This document shows, piece after piece, positions 10,924 to 23,570 of a stretch of 64,000 nucleotides of DNA (positions are counted from its first letter, which is position 1; every line of letters starts with the position of its first letter). The position numbers and the translations under genes were made by a program. Under the pieces are notes generated by a model. The model did no database searches. It was not told the DNA's origin and saw only the letters and a list, made by a program, of their open reading frames with translations. The stretch is from Perkinsus chesapeaki ATCC PRA-425. Its lineage: Eukaryota > Protista > Perkinsozoa. The stretch lies in the NCBI GenBank assembly GCA_013115145.1, contig JAAPAO010000045.1, positions 41,745-105,744 on the forward strand, given 5' to 3'.

Positions 10924-13900
10924 CTACACGGCGAATATGACGCTACGAAGGAGAAGAAGAGAGCTCACCTGTAAAGTCTAGACATCATCACGGACCCAGT
11001 GCCAGACTTGGCCGAGGCCTGGCATGGTGTAGCCCCTCCTCCCTTCTTCCTTGCCGGTACTGCACTTGCATCGAGACCTCTAGACACCTCAGCACCACCC
11101 TTAATCCTCCTGAAGAAGGGACAGTGTCGGACATCGCCCTCCCTGGTAAGGGTAGCTGGTAACCAGAGCCAAACAGCAGCGTCCTTCGGGTCGGGCGGCT
11201 CTCCCTCCAACGAGCGGAGATGTTGACAGTAGGCAGCACAGCTGTACAGGTTGGCACAGGCCTTCACCGGCTCACTAGGTGAGCATCGACATGTCATTAT
11301 TGTAGGAACGTCATCATGAATGATGCCACGGAAGGGGACTATCGATCGCACAGCGGAGCCTCGGAGGATCCACGAGCAGACACCACAGAGGCAACCACCG
11401 GCCATGCAACCGTGGGCAAGAAGAGTCTCGTGATGCGCCCATGCCATCAACCTGTTATGTTGCCACTTTGCCAACGACAAAATGAGTCTTGGGAACGGTT
11501 GGTCTAGAGGATCGAGGTGTCGAGATAGGAGGAGGCAGAAGGACCGGTACACTCCCAGTCGATGCCCCTCGGAGACTATCAGTGCCATAAAAGCCATGGC
11601 CACATGACCAGTATCAACGAGAAGTAGGCGCCCTCTGGAGGCGGCAGTGGCCCTTGCAAAGTCCAACAGGAGAGGGATGTTGCTGAGGAAGGCTGTCGTG
11701 GAGCGTCTACCGCCATCACCGGCAACATGTCCCCAAGAGACCCTCACGCAGTTGACCGTAGTAGAGAAGCCGGCCAGGTTTGGTTCATTTGGCGCCCGGA
11801 CGTCGATGACATGAGTTGGTACAGCCTCGCGGACCACCCATTCAGGAACGCTACTGCACCCTGGTGGAACTGTCAGCAGCATTGTGTCCTCTAGCACCAT
11901 CGACAGCCTTGGTTCACCATCGGCGGCAGGGGCCTCGACGATACTGTCGGGGAGGCAGTGACGCGCAGTGCCACAGGATGCCGACCCTGGGGTGAACTGC
12001 TGGGAGGTTGCTGGGAGTGCAAGGGGAGCGTCGTCGTCTCGGGCACTGCTGAGTATGCTAGTGTTTAGCCCAACCTAAGGGAGGTGGTATTCTCGGTGGT
12101 TGGCGGACGTGGTCGCCTTACGTTGGCCTCGCCTGGTATAGGTAGAGTCCTAGGGTCCATAGATGGGGATTGGTGGTGGTGCAAGCGACGTTGATGACCC
12201 CTCCAAGTTCGTGGACGAATACCCCTCTCCAGCTGAGCCTCGATATATAGCCTATGGAAGCGATGCAGAGCTGTTGCTATAGTAGGCCTGCACTGTGGAT
12301 CACGAATAAGCATGAACCTGTAGATGGCATATCCGATGACTTGGTGTGGCTAACTAGGAGCTGCTGCTGACCTGATAAAGTCACAAAGAGCCTTCTTGTG
12401 GTGTAGCATCTCCACGTTCTCTTCGGTGAGGATGTCAGGGGCGGCCAGTGAAGCTGCCGCTGGTGACCGTCCGGCTGCTGCTGGCGATGGACCGGCATCC
12501 CCTCGGCCTCCACCACCAGTGAGCCTCATAAAGAAGCGAATCCAGTCATCGTTGTAGAATAGGTAATGACCTGACGCAATCGAATCATGCCATGGGGGCC
12601 TTCTGGGTGACCTACCAGTAAGAAGCTCGTACAGGAGGCACCCAACACTCCATATGTCGCTGGCTGTTGTCGTACCAACACTTCTACGCCGATCGAAGGC
12701 CGCACTGAGGAGATTGCATCCTCAGTGGTGAGTAGCGAGGCTGCTGCTCGCCTACTCATCTCGTCTAAGGGCTCGCTCGATGGTCAGCATCTCCGGGGGC
12801 TTCACGAACTCTGTTCCTCGGTTGCGGATGCAAAGCTAGTAGAAGACACCAGTAATGGATGGCCGAATGCATCGGCCACCTACATCGGTGTACTCTGGCC
12901 CTTCTAGGACTCTACTTTCGCCAAAGTCGGCCAAGACAACAGCCGGACCACCACCCCGAACTGGTCGCCAAGCTGGGCCTCCACCAGACTCCAACACCTG
13001 GAGAAAGTGGGTGTCTTAAGAAGGGCAAATGTGTTACCATGATGTTGTCACACTTTAAGTCATAGTGTACCAGACCGTCTCTATGTAGCTTGGCTACTGC
13101 TGCTAGAACTTTCTGATAGGTCTGAGCTCAGGAGAATATTCAACACCAAGTTGAAGACGGCAATGACGGCAATGACCTCCAATAATAGCATTAGATTGTC
13201 GTCCATGTTGCCCATAAGCTTAGCCCTCCAAGTAGTTAAGGTCATGTGATAGCATCTCATAACAATCCAATAACTGCAGCCATCATACCCTACAGAAGAC
13301 CATGCGGGAAAGGTAGAGGGGAGGAAGGGCTACCATAGTCGAAGATCTCCGTCATATAGTTGTCGAAACGGCCTTCCTCAAGACAGGCTATCTCGTTGAA
13401 GACATCGAACAGCACGCATCTGCATGAAGAGCTTTGGCATGAGGGACAGCAGTAGTATGCTGCCACCAACCTGTCCCTGATACTAGGGTGCTTCTTAACC
13501 AGCTTAACGGCGACAACTTCATTCCTGCCCCTCTGCTCTGTGTCAACGCTCTCAGCATCCAAGACTGTGTCGCAGCGGTAAACTGTGCCGAAGGCTCCTC
13601 CACCAAGGACGGTCATATCTGCTGGAAGGCAGCTCAGGCGGCTCAAGAACGACAAGTGTTCACCCGTGTAGATCCAACGCGGGAAGCAGCCGGGGGCCAA
13701 CAGCTTTAGCAACCGGAAGAGCCCTCCATGGCTCGAGGCTCCTCGAATGCCCTCGTCGCGGTAAAGTCTCCGGAGGACCTGAAACGAGCACTAGCCATCT
13801 TGGCCGGAGGACCTCGGGAGGACCTCAGAGTTCTTGGGGTGAGCGAGATGTGTATCCAGAATGAAAAGGACGTTGAGTTTATGATTGAGAGCAGGGAACT

Positions 13901-16900
13901 GGTCACAGTACCGGCAGTCGAGGGTGCCCCTACTGGCCGACAGCAGCAACAATAGTAGGAGACGAAGGACGCCTGACGAGAGCAAGTGGTTTAATGTACA
14001 GCACTGCAGGGTCACATTCTTGTAGCTCTTCGGTGCGGTAGAGCCTTCGACACCTCCTTCCGCAATCACAGAATAGATCAGCGCTAAGCCTACTAATGCC
14101 ACCTGAGCCTCAATGACCGACGACGACAAGATGTCGGGCAAAAACTGACTATATTCGAGCTCTTCATGATAGGCCTCGAAGGCCTGCCCTTCTCCAGGGA
14201 CAGGAGGTACCTGATGGCAAAGGTCGATGCCCACGGGTCAGGGACTTAGATACCTCCCATGGCTGGTCAGGGACAGCAGGCTGCCCCTGCTGCTGCCCGC
14301 CTTCAACATACTCTGGCGGGGTTGGGTCCACACCAAGACCACTCGTGCCTTGTACTGATGGCGGCAGGCCTGATCACCAACTTTAAAGTAAGCACCATGC
14401 ATATCAGCGCCGACCATGGAAGGCCAGCCGTGGTACGATCGATGGTGAGGCGTTCATCCGTAGCATCTGATGCTGCTGTTGTTGCTCTTCTCCTCCACCC
14501 CCACTGGATGATGATGATGATGAGGAAGGAGAAGTGTCGTGCTCATGTGTGGCATCTCCAGGTTCCATGCCCCCGGTTGGGTAGGTTATTGGTGGGGGTA
14601 GGGCATCCTCGCCTGATCGAAAGCATCTACTAGACTCCAGTCAACAGCGCCTTACTGCTCCTCCTGGTGCTCCCCTTGCATTCTAGAAACGAGGTGGGCG
14701 GCGGCGGTGGTGGTGGTATGGCCATAGGGGGCGGTATCGGTCCTCCGGGCACTGCTGACGTGGCATCTCTGGTAGCCTGAAGGTAGATGGCCATAAGCAG
14801 GTTTGCACTGAACCTCCTGAGAGATGGACCTCCTCAGAAGGTACGGTGCCAAGGAGGCCCGTGCTGCCTTGGGTCGATGGAGCCAGACCCGCGAAGGAAA
14901 GCCCGGGTATCATAACGCTGCGGCAGCAGCCACGAGGAGGTACAAGAATCTGATAGAGAACACTCACTAGGCAGTATCAGCAGTTCCCGGCTCACCGGTG
15001 GGGCAGTGGCCTCCAGCGTCGACAGCTGCTGCTCGGATTGGATCTAACACGGTTATGACTCTGACTGTAGCAGGTCATTCTCACCTCCTGATCAGCGACC
15101 TCGCTGTAGCTGTTGTCAGAATTGGTGATGATGGAGGAAGTCTCCTGGAACAGTCGAATCTCTATAAAGCCTCTGGCAGTAAGATACCTCAAGACCACCA
15201 CTGGATGACCTCCCTCTCCCACTGAACTGTTGGTATCTGCAATATTGCCCTCCTCGGCGACCGCAGGGGATGGCTGGGCCCACCTCTCCAGCATGTGAGA
15301 GGCTACATGCTCCAGGTCAATCTCACCGCAGAGGAAATCCACCACCTTTAAAGAGTAGAACTTCTTACTGAAGGAAGCCTACATCGAGCAGTGGAGGTTA
15401 GCGCTTACCGAGCCGATGGACTTCGTGCACGAGCTAGGGCGATGAGGACCTTCAAGTGGGCCACAGCTAGGGCATCCTCGCCCTTGCCCTCGTCCCATTG
15501 GAGATCGCAGGGCTGAGTCGATGATGCAAATGAAGAGGTACTGGAAGGTGACCCCGACGAGGAGGACGGTGCTGGAGTCATGGTACCATGGGACCGACGA
15601 CGATACAGACGAATAAAGCGAGAATAATGGCGATGGAGGTACCTGCCAAAACGGAGGTATCTTTGCGCACCCGGAAGAATATCCTAAGGCTGGTGACTCA
15701 CCAGGCAACATGGGGGTCCTTTAGGAATTGATTGAGCGGAGGCGGCACCGAAAAAAGAGCAGCTTCGACCTCGGATATCTTCATCTCGAGCAAGGCCTCT
15801 GGAGAAAACGGTCGTCCACGGGGAGGCGAAGGCCAGGTCCTCGAAGCCATAAACCTAACAAGGCCGGCAGTCACTGTTGTAAAGGGGCGAGGTAGGTCTA
15901 CCGAGGAATAACTCCGGTACCACAGGAGAAGATGGAGGCCAACCAGGGGCCCATCACCACCGGGGCCGCGCAGTCTGCGATTGAGGACCAAGCGGCAGAG
16001 ACCCTCGAGGCCATCGGGACGTAACTGACGAGAGAAGTACCATGAAGTGTTTGTGTCGTAGAGGAAGATATGGTATGAAGAGCTGACACTCACACTGTAA
16101 GGCTGTCCCTTCGAGACTTGATTGCCTTATTAATAATAGTCAGCACAGATGTCACCATTGTGAGGAGGCGTAGGCGATCGAGTGCCATACGTCTGTCCTC
16201 GACTTCGGGATGCACCCACATACCAGAATCCTCGACACTCTCAGGGAAGAATGATGCTGCTATCACTGGTGTGAGGAGGGAATACAGCGAAACAGTGTCA
16301 GATAGGGAAGGACTGCTGGAGGGTGATGAGGCAACGGGGATATCTAAGGGAACGATTCATATTGCAATGCAGGACTGATGAGCTTACCCAGTAGTGTATC
16401 CAAGATACCCTCAGCCATAACAGCATCAGAGCACTCAAGCAGTGCAGAGATGGTCCAGGCGAATGCTATAGAGAGCCTCCTCCATCGATAGAGATCGCCT
16501 GGCCTTGGGGTTTGCATTGAACGCATTGGACTTAGACTATCCAGAGAACCCGTTCGAACTGACAAAGAACAATTGCTTCAAGTGACATCAAGTGACTCAT
16601 GTTGCAAATTGTGGTTGGTGTGGTTGGTGTGGTGAGCCTACCTCTATCAGATCGTACTGCTTCATTATGTATCCTAACTTCGACATGGAAAGCCTTCAAG
16701 AGCTCCTTAACTTCAGTCTGACAGCCATCACCAGTCTATGATCGCATATCCTTTCTTACTCACCAACGTTGTTATTATAGCCGATAGTGCCTGGGCTGCA
16801 CAAGGGCCTGGGAGGACAGCTCTCCGAATGTACTCCCCTGAGGAATCATTTAAGGAGGGAGCGGGCACTGGCCACCCCACCGAGCAGGAGGAGACACTCC

Positions 16901-19099
16901 TCCACCCCCTCAGGAACGTGCATGAATGATCCTTCCTTTGATCCATCTCTCAGTTTCTCTACACGGTGGAGGCGTTCACTAATACCGGAGCACACCGTCC
17001 GAAGCAATGGGTCCGCGAAAGGATTCGCCACGCTCGACCTAACCACCACGAGGGGACTCCAACACCATGCTCACAGCAGCATGGTCTTACTCAGACAGAT
17101 GATCCCGGGCCTTGGCTCGGTGCCTTCTCAATCCTCGCCAGGCCTCCCTCCATTCATCAGAGCTCAGACAGAGGCATGGCTCGGCCCGCCGTATGCACTG
17201 GCACTGTCCGGCGTCCCTGATGCTGGTAGTGGGGTCCCGATCCATGAGGAGGGGGATCGGTATGGTCTCGAGGCCAGGAAGGAGCATGTCCCATAGGAAC
17301 GGTACAGGAAGTTTGTCAGACGGGACCCGCCGCAGCAGAGATAGGAGGACTCGGCGGACCTCAGCCCATTCGCTCGGGCGTCTCATTTCTGGTGTGATCC
17401 GGGCCGAGGTGAGGGAGGCCCTGACACTTCGTGGGCCAGAGGATGATGTTGACGGTTGACAGTTGGTGTTGGCGAGCTCTTGGTCAACCTCAGCGAAGAG
17501 TTCCCTTTGGTGGTGAAGCTTGGCAAGGCAGCTGAGGTCGCCAAGGAAGGCAAGCTCGCCGACCAACTGAAAGATACTCCTATATCCATTATTAAGGGCA
17601 ACTGGGGCTTTGACAAAGGTTAGATCATACAGGGTGATGAAGAACTTTTCCACAGTCGGGCTACTGTATAAATTATACATAGTAAAATGCGCAGGTCGGA
17701 ATATGCTGACAGTTGACAATCAATCGTCAAAGAGGACTGCACAATCATCTCCCTTCAATAGTTCCGAGTTTCACGGAGCAATAAGCTTTTCTATCTGCTT
17801 GATCTGGAGGCTTGTGTAGAACTGACTTTAAGGTGGGGGTTGTAAAGAGCAACAAGACAATCATCATCACCAAACAAGCCACAACAACTTAATCGCCAAT
17901 ACTCTGCTGTCCATATCATCCTGAACTCACCTGTGCCTCCTCCTTAAGCTCCGTCCGTGGATCTCTAGCGCTAGGTACAATAGGAACTTCGGCAACGCGG
18001 CCGTCCTGCTGTCCACCGATCCCTAAGGATCACAATAAAACCGTCGGGCGCCCACTAGCCCACCGTGGATGACCAGCGACGCCCTTTGGGTAGAAGGAGT
18101 GTTCGCTCGAGTGGAACGGTCTCGTGTTGCTGTCGATGAGCTTGGATGGCTGCCAGATGTGGTCCCTATTTTTCGCTGATACAGTCGTCTAGAAGACCTG
18201 ACATACAAAGACTACACCCAAGCCGACCAGCCGACCGGGGCGCTGATGACCTGGTCATGGTCCCACCAGTAGGTAGGGCCCTCCCCGACTGACTAGCACT
18301 GCTCGCCAATGGCAACACTGATGCCAGCGGTCCAGCTTTGGCTAGGTCAAGTGTTGGAACTCGACCTCCCCCTCTACCACTCAATGGTGGTGCTCTATAA
18401 GGAGCTGTTGGCAGCGGAGGGAGCTGTTGTGAATGATACTGAGTCCCTTCAGCTACATGCTGGCTCCTTGAGGAGGACGGTGGCCCAGGAAACTGAAGAG
18501 CCACCACCCGTAGAAGAACCAAGCATGCAAGTAAGTCCCACCGTATCCCGGACGCCTCGCGTGGACGGTGTCCCATTCCCCTGGCCCATTCTCGGACCGG
18601 CAGCAGCAGCAGCAGCGGCCCTCGCAGAATATCTACTATTATTATCATGTGTCCTATCAAACAGCATCCCCTTCAATATAGGCACCAACCGTACCGATCT
18701 CTGTGAGCTATCTCCGAGGCCACTTTACGCTGAGCGTGCGTGAAGAGGTTCACCAGAAGATCGTTCTCTGTGGACCTGCTTGCCCGCTTTGCCTCGGAGA
18801 AGCCTTTAATAGACCTATGGCGGCCGATCATACTGATTATCCCCTCCACAAGTGGGTTCTGAATCTCAGATACTATCAGTGATTAACAAAAGCAGACGGC
18901 AATCGACGCCCGTGTTCGCAGATGGTAAGTGTACCGAGGTCGATTTGCGTCCCATGACTCGCCTGAGCTCATCCAGCCACTTGGCGGGATTATCCGGATG
19001 TTTACTGGCCACCTGCTCCAGTTGACTTAGCATATGAGGTTCATGTCCTCGAGATGGTGGTGGTGGTGTTCCACTTTTAAGGGTGTCCATTCTGGTCAT
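10924..19099 (-). CDS. Large multi-exon protein kinase with long helical N-terminal region and C-terminal dual-specificity-phosphatase-like and Cys-rich domain
   Basis: Kinase motifs GGGAFGTVY, VAVK, FNEIACLE, HYDLKCDN (~13040-13075), ADFGES, GTEFVKPPEML, DIWSVGCLLYELLTG and RDPQCRPT. An in-frame spliced link leads to ORF 10965-11900. The N-terminal exons 13.7-19.1 kb are joined only approximately. Confidence 0.75.
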
Positions 19100-19203
19100 T
19101 ATACCGACACCTTCAATAGATTATTAACCCCCGTTGCTGTGACAACTCACTCAACACTGTTAATGGTAGCAAAGGTCTCCATGGTGGCAGCAACGACAGC
19201 AGT

Positions 19204-19316
19204 AGTGAGATGAGCCAGTAGAGATAATAATGTGGTACATGTAATGCTACGTAACTATAACACATGGTACAGTTCTATGCATCGAAAGGTCCCTGGTTCG
19301 ATCCCGGCCTCAGTCA
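19204..19316 (+). pseudogene. tRNA-like relic (tRNA-Phe-like 3' half with degenerate 5' half)
   Basis: AAAGGTCCCTGGTTCGATCCCGG matches the eukaryotic tRNA-Phe variable loop and T-arm. Upstream GTGAGATGAGCCAGTAGAG is only a weak A-box/acceptor match, and there is no clean anticodon arm. Confidence 0.35.
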
Positions 19317-21714
19317 TCTTTCTGATTCACCAGAAATCGACGCTTCGTCCTCCATCTCCGAGGCCCTAGCTGGCTCGGGCTCACTCTGAGCTGGGACCGC
19401 AATTTCGACATCCTCCTCGGATGGCCACAAGCCCTTAACCCTTTTTCCTTCAGATTTCGTCACTGCTTGCTGTATCCGCGATTTGAACCCGCGACCAGCT
19501 GCTGCTTCTGCTGGCTGTTGTGAGCCGGAAGATGAGGACGAGCCTGCTCTGAACACTTTGCCTTTGGCAGGTATAAGTGTACCACTCCCAGCTCGCTGGA
19601 AGGCCTCTGCTACATTAGCAACGTTGGTAAAGACTGGGCACCTGAGAAAAGGGGACAAGATTTGTGTGCTGCGTGGAAACCGACACATTCCACATGAGCT
19701 GAGATTTGAGTTTGGTCTTGATCGATCACGAGGATTTTCTACGAATTACTCGGAGATTGCTAAGAGGACTGGGCCGAGAAATTTTACCCCTCGCTAGGAT
19801 TTACTACCACCCATCTTCTGTCCCTCCCTCCCCCATCTTCTTACATATCACTTAAATGTCCCATTTGACCGCAATGAACACACTGTAGACAAAGGCCTCT
19901 AACATCACCACTGAGGACATCCTGCCGCAGCTTATCATACTTCCTACGGAACTTGGGGTATATAACCAATAGGTCCACCAAGCTCTGCCTATACAGAGAG
20001 ATGGTCTCGCAAAATGACAGACACTTGGCTGAAGCAGATCGAGAGGTCTCCATAAACAGTGCTACCTCACCGAAGTAGCCGCCCTCCGAAAGATACCCTA
20101 TAGTGGCCCCCGCATATGACCTTGAAAGTAGCTTCACTTTCCCTTTAATAATAAAGTACATCGAACTAGCCCATTCGCCCTCCTCAAAGATAATGTCTCC
20201 AGGGGCATGCGTCTCTCTCGCGACAGCCTGGCAAATCTTTTCCAGCATGGACCGAGGTATGTTCGAGAAGAACGGCGCTGATTTGATGACGCCTCCCACA
20301 AGATGGACCATGATCTCTGTGCGCAGCGGTGGGCTGAGGATGCCCATAACCTCCTCCTCTTCAGAGTTGATATCCTTACCGTACTCCCACACAAACTCCA
20401 AATACCGTCTGACCCTGACCTGCAAGGCCCTGGGCAACTGCCTCTGCCGAAAGTAACGATTAACTGCCTTCTTTTTAACACGGAAGGCGGCCGCGCTGGC
20501 GTCGAGTTTCCTCACTACGGAGCCTATAGCTCCAACGAAGAACGCAAAGACACCACAGGCCAACAGCATGGTCACCACACCGAACACTTGCTCGGTCGAG
20601 TTGACCGGATAGATGTCACCGTAGCCAACTGTGGTCATTGTTGCGAACGACCAATACATGGCCGCAATATATTTCTCACGCGGGGCCGCGTCACGGTAGT
20701 CAAAGCGATCCAGCCACGTTACTGTGGAATTGAGGAGAGGATCGGTATCGGCTATAAGATACCAAATGCATGCTACCCAGTGGGCTATGAACACCACGAA
20801 TGTCACTAAGCGTAATAACTGTATCAATACGGATAACCCGTCAGAGTTGACGAAGTCCTCGACCTGAAGAGTAAGAGCCGACTACTGAGCCCACCGTTCC
20901 CCTGCAAAGATATCACCTTTGATAGAATCCGCTTTAATTTCAAAACTCGTAAGAGCCGGAGTACTCGGAGGAGCCTGGCAAACTTGATCATCCTGAGCAG
21001 CTGCACTCCCTCCAGATTAGATGCTTCAAAGACCCATTCATATGGGAAAGAGGCGGCTAAGTCGACTACGAACCATGTCTTAAGATATACTGGAGCAATG
21101 CCTTTGACATTCATAACCTATCAAGAGGCGATGGCTGTCCTGTGGGAGGGGCCGAGGTTGCCTTACTAAATTCCCCCCAACGTAGACTCCTGTGATGAAG
21201 TTAAGGGGGACGTCTACCATAAAGAAGATATCCATAGTAGTCTCCAGTCCGGCTAGGAACCCTGCCGAATCTTGCTTGAAACACAATCGATATGGTATAG
21301 ATACCGACTAAAAAGAGTTAGCATAATGGCACTAGTAGTGCCAACATTAAATGCTATTCCCACAGGAGGCCCCTGCGAGGGTGGGTGCTGTTTTACGCAC
21401 CGCGAGATTCCCGTCCACGGTTCCCCTTTAGATATGTTGGAAAGGCCGAGGTGGAACCAAGAGCCTTACCTCATAAAGAATGAAAGACATTATGATAAAG
21501 TCCCAAGCGACCCTTTTGGTATCCTCGGGAGATATTATGATGCGGGGCCGGTGTTTAGTGCTCCGAGGATTCTCCGATTCGGTATCTAAGTCCAACCGTG
21601 CAAGATACAAATAAGCTCAGAATGCACACCATCCCAGTCAAGCTCATTGTCAGTCTCGTCTGAGCTTTGTCTGATAACATCACCGTTATGTTGCCAGGCC
21701 TCCCGAGTGACCAT
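19314..21714 (-). CDS. Cyclic-nucleotide-binding-domain K+ channel (EAG/CNG-like, 6TM), multi-exon; 5' end uncertain
   Basis: S1 'RVAWDFIIMSFILYE', S4 'RLLRVLRLLRVLKLKR', pore 'YWSFATMTTVGYGD', C-linker and CNBD 'GGYFGEVALFMETSRSASA'. The last exon is joined through intron 19642-19844. Confidence 0.9.
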
Positions 21715-21895
21715 ATCGCGGGTCTCGGGATGAGGTGGGTTTAAGAGATATCCAAAAGGAAGATATCAGCAACTGATCGATCAATTCAGGCAAGACCAAC
21801 GCCACGGTCCCTTCGCTCAGAAGTGCGCTGATCCACGCAGATCTAGCGCACGCCCGCGAGCATGCCGGACCAATAACCTCTCCTCCGCGGTCGGG

Positions 21896-23506
21896 ATGCC
21901 AGAAGGAAAGGGTCCTCGAAGACGAGACCTATCTAGTCTGCGTAAACCTTTACTGGATACTCCTGCTTTGGAGGAGTTCCTGAGCGATATAGGGTCATCT
22001 AAAAAGCATGCTGGTAGGCTTATTGGGGCATCTGTGAGGACTAGGGTTCAACGACTCCTTTTGGGTTTATAAGGGTATTGGATATCAAGTATGGTATGGT
22101 CAGTTACCATTCAAAAGGCTCTGATAGAAGACGAGCCTGATTTTGATGCTAATAAGCTCGGGCCTAGGGTACCTAAGAGGGCTGCTGCATTGTTGGATAC
22201 GGTGTTTATAAGATGCTCAAGCTCAATAGGGATGAAACAAGTATCTAAGGATGGTACTACAAAGATGCTAATACGTCTACAGGTAGTAAGATACTTCTGA
22301 GGTTGATCAGTTAACCAAAGTCAGGATACTTTTGAGGAGGATTTTTAATTTTTATGAAGTTTGCTCTGCCCATATGGTTTTATATCGATGCCATTTTTCT
22401 CTACATCTCTCTGAGCTACTCTCACTAATCGTGGTATATCACCCTAACAAGGCAGCTTTAGTCTTCTTCAGGACGGCAAGGAGGTGGAGACAGTTATCAT
22501 ACCCTCGGGTAGTCGGCGGACCCTTTGCGTATCCTCCCAAGTAGGATGCCGAATGGCCTGCCGTTTCTGCGCCACTGGTACACTGGGTCTCTCCGGTAAC
22601 CTTTTGGCCGGTGAGATTATGGAACAGCTCTGGCACGCAAATAAGGTATCGGACATTCCCATCACCAACGTTGTTTTTATGGGTATGGGGGAGCCCTTGG
22701 AGAACTATGATGCTGTTATGTCGGCCATAAAGGGGATGAACGAGCTCTTCAATATACCTCAAAGATGCATCACAGTCAGCACCGTCGGGGTTGTGCCTAA
22801 GATACGCGAGCTGGCCCACGAAGCCTCGGCTGTTAAGCTGGCCTTATCTTTGCATGCCCCCACTCAAGAGCTCCGGGAGAGGATAGTACCGTCAGCCAAG
22901 GCTTGGCATATAGACGATTTGATGGCAGCTGTGGATGAATACTCCGAGGCCAGTCAGCGTGCTGGAAGACCTGATGGTAGTGGCGGTGGGGGGCGAAAGA
23001 AGGGGAGCGTTCTGGTGGAATATGTGGTGATACGGGACATCAACGACACGAGTGAATGTGCTCATGAACTGGGCCGGTTATTGGGTAATCGAAAGGCTGT
23101 TGTTAATTTGATACCGTATAATACGGTAGACAATGGCACAGACTTCCAGCCACCATTGGAGGACTCTGTGAAGAATATGGCGTTGATACTTCGAGAGGAG
23201 TATGGTGTTAGAGTGTATAATAGGCAGCATCATGGTAGGGACATCGACGCTGCCTGTGGGCAGCTGGCCAAGAAAAGGCCTCATGGAGGAGTAGGAGGGG
23301 GAGCACCAGATGTAGAGGACTACCCCGCCACGTCGACCGATGGACTCAGCAATCGGTTACTTCCGTTGGATTTGTTATCAAATTCGTCATCACCCGACTG
23401 GACGGCGGCAGTTCGAGCTGTTGCTGCTGTCGGTTCTGCGGCGGCGGTAGTTGGCTTTTTATCCTGGCGTTTGCTGCTCCGAAGAGCTACCAAGGCACCG
23501 TCCTGA
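21896..23506 (+). CDS. rlmN: RlmN/Cfr-family radical SAM RNA methyltransferase, 3 exons, with C-terminal hydrophobic tail
   Basis: CVSSQVGCRMACRFCATG (CxxxCxxC), VFMGMGEPLEN, ALSLHA, VNLIPYN, DIDAACGQL. Start MPEGKG at 21896, with introns at about 22017-22100 and 22294-22470. Confidence 0.92.
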
Positions 23507-23570
23507 CTTCCCGAATGTTGTTGTTGTGTTTGGTTTTAATCAGCTTGGCTGCTGCTTCAGTGGTATTACT

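Noticed and set aside
13792-13804. TAGCCATCTTGGC, 13-nt match to the spliced leader
   Set aside because: Antisense to a kinase exon, with no match at either flank.
19483-19797. + strand ORF with a RAMA-like motif (TLATLVKTGHLRKGDKI)
   Set aside because: Antisense to the channel's last intron and exon, whose splice completes a perfect CCHC motif; likely a shadow ORF.
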